64,000 nucleotides of DNA from a plasmid. Below are positions 50,430 to 60,115 of this stretch, in pieces; positions within the stretch are counted from its first letter, which is position 1; every line of letters begins with the position of its first letter. The position numbers and the translations under genes were made by a program. The stretch lies in sequence record NZ_CP084508.1, one strand, 5' to 3'. Under the pieces are notes generated by a model that did not search any database, was not told the DNA's origin, and worked only from the letters and a program-made list of their open reading frames with translations.

Positions 50430-50993
50430 TCAAAGCCTTATTTTGATCAGGGAGGTTGAAACAGCAGTATAGGTAAACGTACCGCGCGGCAATGGCTCCC
50501 AGACATCACATAACGGTTGCAGGGTGCTCTGTTGTCGAGGCCCATTAAGGCAGATTGCGACGAGTACGCCGCCGGGGGCGAGCAACGTTACCGCGTGCTG
50601 TATGTGGCGGATATCCTGGGCATGATGAAACGGTGGATTCATCAGGATCTTGTTGTAGCGTGTTTCCGGTTGGTACGTCAGAAAATCACCGCACCAAACG
50701 TTAACGCCCGGAAAGCTCGCCCGTAGATGTGCGGCTAACGCCGCGTTAAGCTCCACGGCATCACACCGCGCCAGCGGAGCAGCCTCCCGGACAGCCCGCA
50801 AGATAGCGCCCGTTCCCGCGCTTGGCTCAAGAATGCTATCAGCCGCTGTAATCTCTGCCAGCTCGACAAGTTGATTACAGACCGGATCGGGCGTGACGAA
50901 AAGCTGTGAACTGGCCCCAATTTCGGTAACAGGGGATCGCCCGTCCAACCTGGCCCGCATTGCTTGAATACGGTGCCTCAATTCGCTATGCAT
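50430..50993 (-). CDS. SAM-dependent N6-adenine/N4-cytosine DNA (or rRNA) methyltransferase, orphan (NPPF motif)
   Basis: The SAM-binding motif I (ILEPSAGTGAILRA) is followed by the motif IV NPPF of N6-amino methyltransferases. No adjacent restriction gene. Confidence 0.6.
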   Translation of the reverse strand: MHSELRHRIQAMRARLDGRSPVTEIGASSQLFVTPDPVCNQLVELAEITAADSILEPSAGTGAILRAVREAAPLARCDAVELNAALAAHLRASFPGVNVWCGDFLTYQPETRYNKILMNPPFHHAQDIRHIQHAVTLLAPGGVLVAICLNGPRQQSTLQPLCDVWEPLPRGTFTYTAVSTSLIKIRL

Positions 50994-51041
50994 GGTGACA
51001 TCGTCCTTATCTCCCCGGCGATAAGCCGGGGAGCCTGATGG

Positions 51042-52418
51042 TTATTTTTGCGGGATTTCAACGAGTTTCATGTCGGTGATAAACACCGTCTCAAGCGTGC
51101 AGCCGCTGCCCAAAACACGGCGATAGCGGTAGGCCCCATGCTCGTCATTTTCCGCCACGCTCCGGACTCCTTTATAATCAGGCGGGGTTTTAGCCCATTC
51201 GGCCTTGGTCATCCCCCGGAAGCCCTCGCCCGGATAGTTGACGATGGGCGGCCGTTTTGCGGCGCTCTTCGCGGCGCTGGCCTCTTCAACCGATGGGGCT
51301 TTGTAGTCCGTAATGCGATCAGGGGTGAGTTTCATCGTTCCACCGTAACCAAGGAAGCGATAGCACGGCGTCTCCACGGAGCTGACTACCCCATTACGTT
51401 TATTGACCCGGATAATGCTCAGCCACTCACCCCGGCTCTGCACCTGCCCACCCACCTCGAACGCCTGCGCCTGAGAAACGACGCTACCGCTTTCATCCAG
51501 CATGGCACGCTCATAGGCCAGGCGATTACGGTAATGCGTCGCCCAGCGCTGCTGATGGCGGATCGTTCGCTCATGAACACGAACCGCAATAGTGCGGGCT
51601 TGCTCAAAAGTAATAATTTCCTCACCCAGCGCGGAATACAGGGACATTCGCCCCTCATACTGGCTTTTATCTGCCGGGCGTGGGTACTTGTCCAAGGTAA
51701 AACAGGCCGAGATATGATCGTGACTGCTGACAAGTCGCGCCATGTTGAGATCAAGCGTTTCCGCGCGCCACATCGTCAGATATTTCTGCGACTGAGCAAG
51801 GGTCTTTTCTACCTTGCGCAAGTCCGCCTCAATCTTTTTGATGCGGCGGTAGCGTACATCCGGGCGCTCTTTGTTTTTCGCATGAGCCAGAGACGCCCGC
51901 GCGCGATCTTCCCAATATTCGGCACGCTCAAACAGCATTACGGCGCGCTTCATTCCGTCTTCAATTTTTTTCGCATTCCGGCGCGCACGGCGTTCGCTGT
52001 GATGCCCGACCAGAATCGGCTGGCCGAATGGGATAGCCGATACCAGCGCATCAACCTGTGCGAGTACCTGCTCAGACTCACCGGCGCGCTTATCACTGTA
52101 ACCACTAAAACGCTCCGCCCGTTGCTGTTGACGGTCTAGCAAGGTGCTGTCCTCATCTTCAATATCTCCGGCCAACGATAAGAGCAGATCTTCACGGCAG
52201 GGCGTCCAAGCCGGCGCAACAAATAATTTCTGTTTCGGTGCCCAGCGGAAGCCCAGATCATGGAGTTTTTTATAGGTTTCCTCATCGAGGCGCTGCGTGG
52301 CATACAGGCGCAATTTGTTGTCGTCCGGGGAGTAGGTTGCACGGTAGGTCTGGCCGTAAACCTCTTCAGCAACAGCCTGGTGGATCATCTCGGCACTGCG
52401 TGCTGGTGCAGTGATCAT
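51042..52418 (-). CDS. Conserved leading-region hypothetical protein (possibly DUF3560-like), function unknown
   Basis: 458-aa hydrophilic protein with no recognisable catalytic motif. It is co-oriented with ssb and transcribed from the copy-B hairpin element. Confidence 0.35.
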   Translation of the reverse strand: MITAPARSAEMIHQAVAEEVYGQTYRATYSPDDNKLRLYATQRLDEETYKKLHDLGFRWAPKQKLFVAPAWTPCREDLLLSLAGDIEDEDSTLLDRQQQRAERFSGYSDKRAGESEQVLAQVDALVSAIPFGQPILVGHHSERRARRNAKKIEDGMKRAVMLFERAEYWEDRARASLAHAKNKERPDVRYRRIKKIEADLRKVEKTLAQSQKYLTMWRAETLDLNMARLVSSHDHISACFTLDKYPRPADKSQYEGRMSLYSALGEEIITFEQARTIAVRVHERTIRHQQRWATHYRNRLAYERAMLDESGSVVSQAQAFEVGGQVQSRGEWLSIIRVNKRNGVVSSVETPCYRFLGYGGTMKLTPDRITDYKAPSVEEASAAKSAAKRPPIVNYPGEGFRGMTKAEWAKTPPDYKGVRSVAENDEHGAYRYRRVLGSGCTLETVFITDMKLVEIPQK

Positions 52419-52469
52419 GATTTTTTCTCCTTCCTGCGGTTGCCGCCCCTTAAGGGGCGGCTCACCTCA

Positions 52470-52700
52470 TCAGTTAAATGCGCGTTTCAGTTCAAGGGTG
52501 CGGAGCAGCTGCCCAAAGGCCGCGTTATTCATCGCGGGGATGTGTACCCCGCGCCCCTTGCGGATACGTTTTGCGATATGCCGCCCGAAAGCCTTTACGG
52601 CGGGGTCGATCTCCGGTGCGGAAATATCGGCCCGCTTGATACGCCTATGACGACGGGGCTTTACAGTCCCGGCGGAAGGTGAAATAATGCTTAATGTCAT
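52470..52700 (-). CDS. Small basic hypothetical protein (76 aa)
   Basis: ORF directly downstream of Frpo-like copy B, ending ~50 bp before the 51042..52418 start. Basic composition (many R/K). Confidence 0.3.
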   Translation of the reverse strand: MTLSIISPSAGTVKPRRHRRIKRADISAPEIDPAVKAFGRHIAKRIRKGRGVHIPAMNNAAFGQLLRTLELKRAFN

Positions 52701-52870
52701 ATAGTTAACTCCTAGTAGTTAATGAAGCTGTGAACACCGCTGGAACGGTTTTCACGACGTGGATTAAGCAGGGGTTTCCCCTGCTTTTTTCATATCTACG
52801 GTTTACGCTGTGGGTTGTCTGCCTCCTTAACGCTGATCGCGTTCCTCTGTTTTCTCTCAAGTTTTTAAAG

Positions 52871-53565
52871 AACATCACCCGTTGAGTTACGGGAGCCGCG
52901 GTGTTGACGTTTCGCGGGGGCCTGCTGGTTGTTCCCTCCGGTACTACCATCACCCGTTTGAGAACCTTCGCCGCAAGGGCGTAAACGATCACGGGCGATG
53001 GCCGCTGTCTAGGGCGCGGTTTACCGCGTGCTATTTACCCTGGACAGCGGATAGCGACTGTGATTGTCTCAGCCCAGGCGAAAGGGGCTTAAACGGGGGA
53101 GAGGCACCGATGCGGCAACGAGCAGGAGCCCGCCGCAACGACGGAGCGCGGCACGCGAAACGGCGTTGCCCTGAAGAAGCCCGGCAGGTTCACCGCCGGG
53201 CTGGTGAAAGCGGCGCGACCGAACAGGTCGCAGCAAGCGAGGTGTTGACGTTGCGACATGGGATGGAAACCCGCTGCCCCGCAGGGGCCGGGCAGAGACA
53301 GCGTAGCTGGCTCTGTGCGTAGCATGACAGCCCGGTTCCCGTAGGGAAGTCGCCCGGTGTTAGTGGCGCCACAAAGGGAATTCAGCCGACAGGAGCAAGC
53401 ACCATAGTGGCCATAACCCGATTCAAAGAAACCGACGTAGCCAGATCACCGCCGATACAATGACACATTGCCAGCACAGGAAACGGACGCGAACGGAAGG
53501 GAGCGGCGCGTAGCGCGGCACCCTCCGGCGCCGCAGGCGCGCGGTCTTTTGTGGCACGGCGAAAC
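52871..53565. repeat. GC-rich structured ssDNA-promoter (Frpo/ssi-type) element, copy B
   Basis: Homologous to 49637-50400: the same ends (aacatcacccgttgagttacg... to ...ccctccggcgccgcaggcgcgcgg) and the same TTGACG-containing hairpin core. Confidence 0.55.
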
Positions 53566-53598
53566 AGGGGAAGATGGCCTCCCCCCGCAGTCACTAAC

Positions 53599-54027
53599 TT
53601 AATCGAGCGCAGCATAAATAGCGTCACATTCGGGATGGAACTCGATATAGCTCCAAAGCTGGGTATCCCGCTGTATATACAGCTCGGTCAGCGCGGTATT
53701 ACCGCAATCGTGCTGTGTCCAGCAACGGCGATTGATGGCAAGAGATGTCAGGATGATACCCGCCGCCTCGGCACTAATGGTACGATCAAACCAGTTTTCG
53801 CCGTTGATCATATGCACCTTGCCGCAATCCGGCATCATGAAGCCGCCCCCGTCAGGCAAGCGGATAAAGTGCCAGAATCCCCCCTCATATTCCGGTATCA
53901 GCTTTCTGGCCAGTGCGTACACCTGCAATTCAGCCAGCATGAAATCATCGCCGAACAGATACGGCAGGAAAGACAAACGGTCGGACTCTTCGACGTTCAG
54001 GGTGTGCCGATAGGCTGCATACTGCAT
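53599..54027 (-). CDS. Antirestriction-family protein (ArdB/KlcA/Antirestrict-like) of the leading region
   Basis: 143-aa acidic protein (MQYAAYRHT...) in the position occupied by antirestriction genes in IncF leading regions. Start is the ATG at 54025-54027 with a strong GGAGG RBS. The family call is tentative. Confidence 0.45.
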   Translation of the reverse strand: MQYAAYRHTLNVEESDRLSFLPYLFGDDFMLAELQVYALARKLIPEYEGGFWHFIRLPDGGGFMMPDCGKVHMINGENWFDRTISAEAAGIILTSLAINRRCWTQHDCGNTALTELYIQRDTQLWSYIEFHPECDAIYAALD

Positions 54028-54059
54028 GATAAACCTCCGCAATCACAAATGACGCGACA

Positions 54060-54300
54060 CCGGGCGGTGCCGTGCATCCATAACAGCCGGGTGAAAAAGC
54101 CGGGGATACAAGGGCGCTAGGGAAGCCGCAGCCTGACGCGCACGGCAGACGGGAGCTGGAGGGTGAGGCCGCGAAACCTGAACGGACGAACGACCGGAAG
54201 ATCACGGCAGACGTGAAGGAAGGACCGGGTGACCGCAGCGGCGTTAGCGAACCCTTGTATCCACGGTGGCCCGGCTACGATGGATGCACGGCACAGCCCG
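54060..54300. repeat. Long imperfect inverted repeat (about 55-bp arms, ~125-bp spacer) upstream of the antirestriction gene; third ssDNA-promoter-like hairpin
   Basis: ggcggtgccgtgcatccataacagccgggtg...ggggatacaagggcgct pairs with agcgaacccttgtatccacggtggcccggctacgatggatgcacggcacagcccg, a near-perfect reverse complement. Confidence 0.4.
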
Positions 54301-54474
54301 CAGACGGCACCGGGTCGGCAGAGTGGAAAATCATCAGGCAACGTCCTACAGGGACGGGGCCGCCAAAAAAGCGGAGCTGGCGACATCCTTCGAGTATTGG
54401 GAGGATTCAGGGGATCGCCCCCCGGCAGTTGACTACGGGGGGCTGGATCACACCGCCGGCGCGGCGTGGGGATT

Positions 54475-54894
54475 TCAGTTTTTCAGTAAAGCGCGCACTT
54501 TAGCCGCATCAGCCAAGCGACGGGTAACACTTTCCGGCACTGGATGGTTATTATCCCGAGCCGCCCACTCTCTGCACCGTAGAGCCTGTTCTGCGGTCGT
54601 CAGCAGGGTTTCAAGCAAGTCAGCCGGTACCATCACCGCCGGAACAGCCTGTTTCACCTGATCGATCAGCTCCATTACCGCCTCGCAAGACACGCCAGAT
54701 TCAAGCAGCTGCTCTTCTGATATGGTATCAATGCGCTCCAGTACCTCCCTAATGGCTTGTTTAGAAAGGGCATAGTCCATTCCGTCGATCAGCGCTTCGA
54801 TATTCTCCGGGGACCAGACAATCAGGTTCAGAGGGGTTTCAGCGGGATATTGCTCTTTCAGCAGCCGGCAAAGGGTTTCACGAGTTCCAAACAT
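54475..54894 (-). CDS. Hypothetical acidic protein (139 aa), leading region
   Basis: ORF with a plausible start; no recognisable motifs. Sits between the DPPY methyltransferase and the antirestriction gene. Confidence 0.35.
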   Translation of the reverse strand: MFGTRETLCRLLKEQYPAETPLNLIVWSPENIEALIDGMDYALSKQAIREVLERIDTISEEQLLESGVSCEAVMELIDQVKQAVPAVMVPADLLETLLTTAEQALRCREWAARDNNHPVPESVTRRLADAAKVRALLKN

Positions 54895-54951
54895 ACTTTC
54901 TCTCCGTTGATTCTGTCATGCGGCACTGCCGCCCAAGGTCAGATCAGCGTC

Positions 54952-55632
54952 TCACGCCGCCTCTGGATAAAAGACGTCATTGGCGGCCGGGCGCTGTATG
55001 GCTCGCTGTACGGCTGACAAGCGCTCAATGCCGGCTTTGTGGTACTGCTCCATCAGCTCGATACCGATATAACGGCGGCCTGACTGGAGGGCCGCCACGC
55101 AGGTAGAGCCTGAGCCAGCAAAGGGGTCGAGAACAATGGCGTTCGGACGTGTGAGCGACTCAATCAGTGGTTGCAGGCTGGTAACGGGCTTCTCGGTCGG
55201 GTGGTGACGGTTGCCTGAATATTTCCAGCCCAACACATCCGGTAGTGGGTTTTGGGGTAGTGATGGGCGGCCTTTCGCCAGAACATAAGCACATTCATGG
55301 CGATAACCGACATAAACGGTTTTCGATGTGTAGGTTTTGGTGAACACCAGATGCCCGACAACGCTAAATCCGGCTGCTTTCCATGCTGCCATAAAGCGAT
55401 CGATGTGGTTCCAGCCGTAGAAGCTGACCATCAGCGCGTCTTTTTTCAGTACGCGATACATCTCATGGCAGGCGGGTTGCAGCCATTCATCGGTTTTGTC
55501 ACCGGCAATAGTACGCCCGGAACGGTCACAAAACCCCACTAGATACGGTGGGTCAGTCAAGATGAAATCGACGGCGGCCGCAGGAAAACCGGCCATAATA
55601 TCGACGCAATTCCCCAGAATAAAACGGGACAT
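54952..55632 (-). CDS. Orphan DNA N6-adenine (or N4-cytosine) methyltransferase with a DPPY motif
   Basis: FILTDPPYLVGF (motif IV DPPY) near the N-terminus and DPFAGSGSTCVAA (motif I) near the C-terminus, a beta-class amino-MTase arrangement. No cognate restriction gene. Confidence 0.75.
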   Translation of the reverse strand: MSRFILGNCVDIMAGFPAAAVDFILTDPPYLVGFCDRSGRTIAGDKTDEWLQPACHEMYRVLKKDALMVSFYGWNHIDRFMAAWKAAGFSVVGHLVFTKTYTSKTVYVGYRHECAYVLAKGRPSLPQNPLPDVLGWKYSGNRHHPTEKPVTSLQPLIESLTRPNAIVLDPFAGSGSTCVAALQSGRRYIGIELMEQYHKAGIERLSAVQRAIQRPAANDVFYPEAA

Positions 55633-56306
55633 AAGGACACCTCGCAGGTACAAGGGGCATCCAGGAGGGCGCCACCACGGTGCCCGTTCCCTGCTGCCCG
55701 TAGCCTGTACGCCGCGACCGGCAACGGGTCAAGCTGACCGTGGAATATCGCAACCGTCGGTATTTTGACGGCGAGAATATGCCGCGAAAGCGGCTTGAAG
55801 GGCATTCCTTAAAAGGCGAGTGGACGGCGTAAAATTACACCGACGCCGGACAGGAGCGGAAAAGTCGCCCGCCCCGTGTCCGTCCGGTCGAGGCAGACTG
55901 GCTACGGGCAGTGGATATCCCCGCGCAACACGCGGCATGAATGAGGAGCCATGCAACAACATCCTAGCGTGACTGCTCCCTGCCCTGTCGGGCGAGGGTT
56001 TACGGCGTTTTTCGCTCATTAAAGAGATAGGAATCAATATTCGCGACTATTGCTGGATGACTGAGCAAAAAGCATCCGAGAATGAGATAAGATATTTAAT
56101 TATATTAGATAAATACTTGAACTAAGCATTATCATCTCTGCCTTGCAGAAGGCAATCATTGACTATATTCACACTGTCAAATGTTAATCCTTACCTATTG
56201 TATAAATTGCTAATATATTGACATAATTACAAGAATGTAGACTTTACAGTAAAACACCTGTAACTCATTAGTTATCATTTGTTAAACAATAGGAGGTTTT
56301 CATACT

Positions 56307-59300
56307 ATGGTTAAATCAAACATAACTAATATATTTGCCCTTAGTGTTATCGCTATGAGCATACAAATAGCCATTGCCGAGCCAATTACTTTTTCTGATG
56401 GGGGAAATCATAAGCTTATCAATCAGGATATAAATAATAAAGGTTATGATTATAAAAACGTATTAGACATCAGTAATGGTACAACAGTTTCACTGGATGA
56501 TTCAAATGTCACAGTTTCTGGTGTTTACTCCAAAGGGGTAAATACCACATCAGGAGCCCATACACAGATAAATAACTCCTATTTGGTTAGCCAAGGTCAA
56601 GGGAGTTTTTCTGTAAGTTCAATGGATGGTGGACATACTACGATAAAAAATGCCACGATCGCCTCTAAGGATAATGGATATGGCGGACTTTTGAGTAATG
56701 GGAAAAACTCCACTATCAACGTTGATCTTAGCATAGTATCAGTCACATCATCCGGTCAAGAAACAGTAAACACTGCGGGAGCTATTGCCGAAAATAATGG
56801 CAAACTATCAATTAATATTAGTGATGTAAAAACAAAAGGTAATTATTCATCAGCACTATTTGCTCAATCGACAGGAAAAATAGCAGCTCAATTAACAAAC
56901 TTAGAAACACAAGGTGACTATAGTTCTACTATTGCGGCGAATACAAACAGCAACATTTCAATAGTAACAGGTAGTATTTTAACTAATGGAAATGAATCTC
57001 ATGGTGCTATTGCTACAAGTGGTAGTTCAGTATCATTAACTAATGCGGAGATAAAAACAACCGGGGCTAGTCACGGCATTTATTCCATTGGCCCCAAAAC
57101 TAAAGTGATACTCGATAACAGCCAAGTCAGTACTGAGCATCAACTCTCTAGTGCCATTGCGATCCAGGATGGTGGTAATCTAATTAGTAATAATAGTAAT
57201 ATATCCACCCAAGGAAATGGTAGCTATGGGGTATTGGCTCGTGGGAAAAACTCTTCAGCAGAGCTGAAGAATATACAGATCTCAACAAAGGGCAATACTC
57301 ATAACGACGTTTCAGCTAACGCTATTGTTAGTGAGTTCGGGAGCCATATAGATCTTAATGGTCAAAATCGAATACAAACACATGGTACATCTGCTTACGG
57401 AATTCTCGCTCAGTTATCGGGTAATAGTGGTGATACATCAGTCACTGTTCAAGGCCACTCTGATATTATTACTCATGGTGAGCATGCCTCTGCCCTATCC
57501 TCTTGCGCGTTAACTGGTGGCCGAGATTGTACAACCGCCTTTAATCATGGCATTGACGGAACAAATTCTGTAGATAATGCATTGATCGTAGGGTCAGGAA
57601 TTAATGCGCTCACAGAAGGGAAAGATGCACATGGTGCTTATGTTAATGGTAAACAAGCCAAGATTACTCTCGAGAATAGTGTGCTAAAAACACGCGGTGT
57701 CGGTGGGCATGGCGTAGCTATTCGAGGTGGTGAAGGAATTATTTCACATTCTACTATCCATGCTGGCGGTGATGATGCCCACGGCGTTGCCTTTTATAAT
57801 GGAGGTAGTCTGAAATTATCGGATGCATCTGTCATATCCCAGAGAGGCAGCGCTCTTCACATTAATGGAGATCTGAGTAGTGCTACTGCAGATATCACTA
57901 TCAGTAATAGTAATATCAGGGGTAAAGATAATGCCATTAATGCGAAATCAGGAAAAACCAATATTGCTTTGTCTCAATCCAACCTATCTGCGGAAGATAA
58001 CACTCTAATTAATACAGACAAAGGAGATGTATCTGTCCATGCAGAAGAAAGTTTATTGAATGGCAAAGCATTAAGCTTAGGCAGTGGACATCTTAACATG
58101 GCTCTAACTCAGAATAGCCAGTGGGAAAATGCAGCTGGATCTTTTATAAGTGGTCTGAGTTTAGTTAATAGTGACCTACATTTTTCTACGAGAGATACTT
58201 CTACCCCCAATGGTAATGTAACCGTTGATGGTAATCTATACGTTAATAATGGTACACTTTATTTTAATGGCGTATTAAATGGTGATGACTCAGCAGTAAA
58301 TAAACTTATTGTTCGAGGAAATAGTGATGGTAAGGGATGGGTTAATGTCACCAATGTTGGCGGAGTTGGAGAGAAGACTATTAATGGGATTGAGCTAATA
58401 AAAGTTGAAGGAAACTCCTCTGCTGATTTTCAGCAAACAGGTCGTATTATCTCTGGGGCATATGACTATCATTTAAACCGTGGTCAAGGGAAAAACCAAT
58501 CTAACTGGTATCTGACGAACACTTTAGAACCAGGAGGAGATGCGATCGTTCGTCCAGAAGGTGGTAGCTACATAGCTAATATTGCTGCAGCCAACACGTT
58601 ATTTAATATGTCATTACATGATCGACTTGGGGAAACTGAGTATGTCAATGCTTTTACTGGAGAAAAGCATGCGACAAGTCTATGGTTACGCCAAGTCGGT
58701 GGGCATACTGCAGCAAAGGACAGTTCCGGACAATTAGATATTCAGAGCAACCGCTATTTAATTCAATTAGGTAGCGATCTTGCACACTGGTTCGGTCCAA
58801 ATCAGCAACGTTATCACTTAGGTGTAATGGGTGGCTATGGATATAGCCATAGCAATACACAGTCAACAAAATCAGGATATCAGGCTAAAGGCTCTGTTAA
58901 TGGCTATAGTGTAGGACTATATGGTTCATGGTTTGAAAATGGGAAAAATAAACCAGGTGCTTATTTAGATAGTTGGTTACAATATAGTTGGTTTAACAAC
59001 CAAGTGAAGGGGGAACAAACCTCCCCTCAAAATTACCATACTCATGGTTGGAGTGCATCATTAGAAAGTGGTTATACATTAAACTTGGCTAATTATCATA
59101 CTGAATATGGTAGCGTAAATAGTTGGTATCTACAGCCACAAGCTCAAATAACCTGGATGGGTATTAAGCAAGGTCGTCTACAAGAAGAGAATGGTACAAC
59201 CATAAACCATGCTAATACGAACAATATCCAAACACGTTTGGGGGTAAGAACTTTCTGGAGAGGGCATAGTATTCATGATCAAGGAAAAGATCGTGAGTTT

Positions 59301-59525
59301 GAACCATTTGTCGAAGCAAACTGGATTCATAATACTCAACGTTTTGGCGTAGAGATGAATAATGAGCGTGTTTATCTAGGTAACAAAGACCTAGCTGAGA
59401 TTAAGTTGGGGGTAGAGGGTAAGATTAGTAAGAGCATTAATTTATGGGCAAACACAGCTGTTCGGCTAGGTAAAGAACAGTATAACGATACGCAAGGTAT
59501 CATCGGTGTGAAATACGTATTTTAA
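56307..59525 (+). CDS. Autotransporter (type Va) adhesin-like protein with C-terminal beta-barrel translocator
   Basis: 1072 aa with a signal peptide, a long Gly/Ser/Thr/Asn-rich passenger made of ~19-residue beta-helix-like repeats (pertactin/AIDA-type), and a C-terminal region of alternating aromatic/hydrophobic residues ending GVKYVF. Strong AGGAGG RBS; very AT-rich. Confidence 0.8.
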   Translation: MVKSNITNIFALSVIAMSIQIAIAEPITFSDGGNHKLINQDINNKGYDYKNVLDISNGTTVSLDDSNVTVSGVYSKGVNTTSGAHTQINNSYLVSQGQGSFSVSSMDGGHTTIKNATIASKDNGYGGLLSNGKNSTINVDLSIVSVTSSGQETVNTAGAIAENNGKLSINISDVKTKGNYSSALFAQSTGKIAAQLTNLETQGDYSSTIAANTNSNISIVTGSILTNGNESHGAIATSGSSVSLTNAEIKTTGASHGIYSIGPKTKVILDNSQVSTEHQLSSAIAIQDGGNLISNNSNISTQGNGSYGVLARGKNSSAELKNIQISTKGNTHNDVSANAIVSEFGSHIDLNGQNRIQTHGTSAYGILAQLSGNSGDTSVTVQGHSDIITHGEHASALSSCALTGGRDCTTAFNHGIDGTNSVDNALIVGSGINALTEGKDAHGAYVNGKQAKITLENSVLKTRGVGGHGVAIRGGEGIISHSTIHAGGDDAHGVAFYNGGSLKLSDASVISQRGSALHINGDLSSATADITISNSNIRGKDNAINAKSGKTNIALSQSNLSAEDNTLINTDKGDVSVHAEESLLNGKALSLGSGHLNMALTQNSQWENAAGSFISGLSLVNSDLHFSTRDTSTPNGNVTVDGNLYVNNGTLYFNGVLNGDDSAVNKLIVRGNSDGKGWVNVTNVGGVGEKTINGIELIKVEGNSSADFQQTGRIISGAYDYHLNRGQGKNQSNWYLTNTLEPGGDAIVRPEGGSYIANIAAANTLFNMSLHDRLGETEYVNAFTGEKHATSLWLRQVGGHTAAKDSSGQLDIQSNRYLIQLGSDLAHWFGPNQQRYHLGVMGGYGYSHSNTQSTKSGYQAKGSVNGYSVGLYGSWFENGKNKPGAYLDSWLQYSWFNNQVKGEQTSPQNYHTHGWSASLESGYTLNLANYHTEYGSVNSWYLQPQAQITWMGIKQGRLQEENGTTINHANTNNIQTRLGVRTFWRGHSIHDQGKDREFEPFVEANWIHNTQRFGVEMNNERVYLGNKDLAEIKLGVEGKISKSINLWANTAVRLGKEQYNDTQGIIGVKYVF

Positions 59526-59721
59526 TAACGAATATTGCCGGATTTATCCGGCAATATTGCGTATATAAGAATACTGAAAAGTGGCAGTCATTGACATTCT
59601 CCCCGTCCTGAAGGCCGGGGTTTTACGGCGCACTAGATAATTTATCTGAACTGTGCATTGTGTTCAGAGCGCAGGGCAGCCAAGCTACTATTTTTAAAAA
59701 TAGATACGGTTCGATGACCTC

Positions 59722-60114
59722 CTAGATAAGCCCCGCGAGCTTGTTTCTTGCCTCCCGCAATGCCAAAGACTCTTGATCCATATCTCTCTGTATGGCTTGG
59801 GCCTTCTCTTGCTTTGGGATAGCACCGAGGATATCTAGCACCATTTTGATATCGGCTTCAGATGGGCGCCATCCTGTGGTTTGGCTAATAGCACTAACGA
59901 CCTGATCACTATTCAGATTTTCTGTAAATAACGCTGTCAGCAACGCTGGCAGGCGACCATCCAAATGATAAAGAGCAATACCAGCAATGAGCGCTTGTCT
60001 ATAGAGATCACCCCGCGCAGAACGCCCTACTGAATCAATCACCGCCAGAGCTTGACGATCCGCATTCCTATCGGGATGCAGATAGACAGTGAATTTCTTG
60101 CGCTCATCGCTCAC
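59722..60114 (-). CDS. parR: ParR/StbB centromere-binding protein of a type II partition system
   Basis: 130 aa immediately downstream of parM. The N-terminus KKFTVYLHPDRNADRQALAVIDSVGRSARGDLYRQALIAGIALY parallels R1 ParR / R100 StbB. Confidence 0.65.
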   Translation of the reverse strand: MSDERKKFTVYLHPDRNADRQALAVIDSVGRSARGDLYRQALIAGIALYHLDGRLPALLTALFTENLNSDQVVSAISQTTGWRPSEADIKMVLDILGAIPKQEKAQAIQRDMDQESLALREARNKLAGLI

Positions 60115-60115
60115 A

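Noticed and set aside
49750-50460. Six-frame ORFs inside the GC-rich repeats (e.g. 49808..50029, 50064..50459, 53089..53325, 53190..53372, 52882..53322)
   Set aside because: They occur on both strands and overlap each other, and have Ala/Arg/Pro-rich composition typical of random GC-rich frames. They lack an RBS, and the same DNA is better explained as a conserved structured non-coding element.
52705-52992. ORF 95 aa upstream of the small hypothetical gene
   Set aside because: It overlaps the start of Frpo-like copy B and has an odd basic low-complexity composition; likely non-coding.
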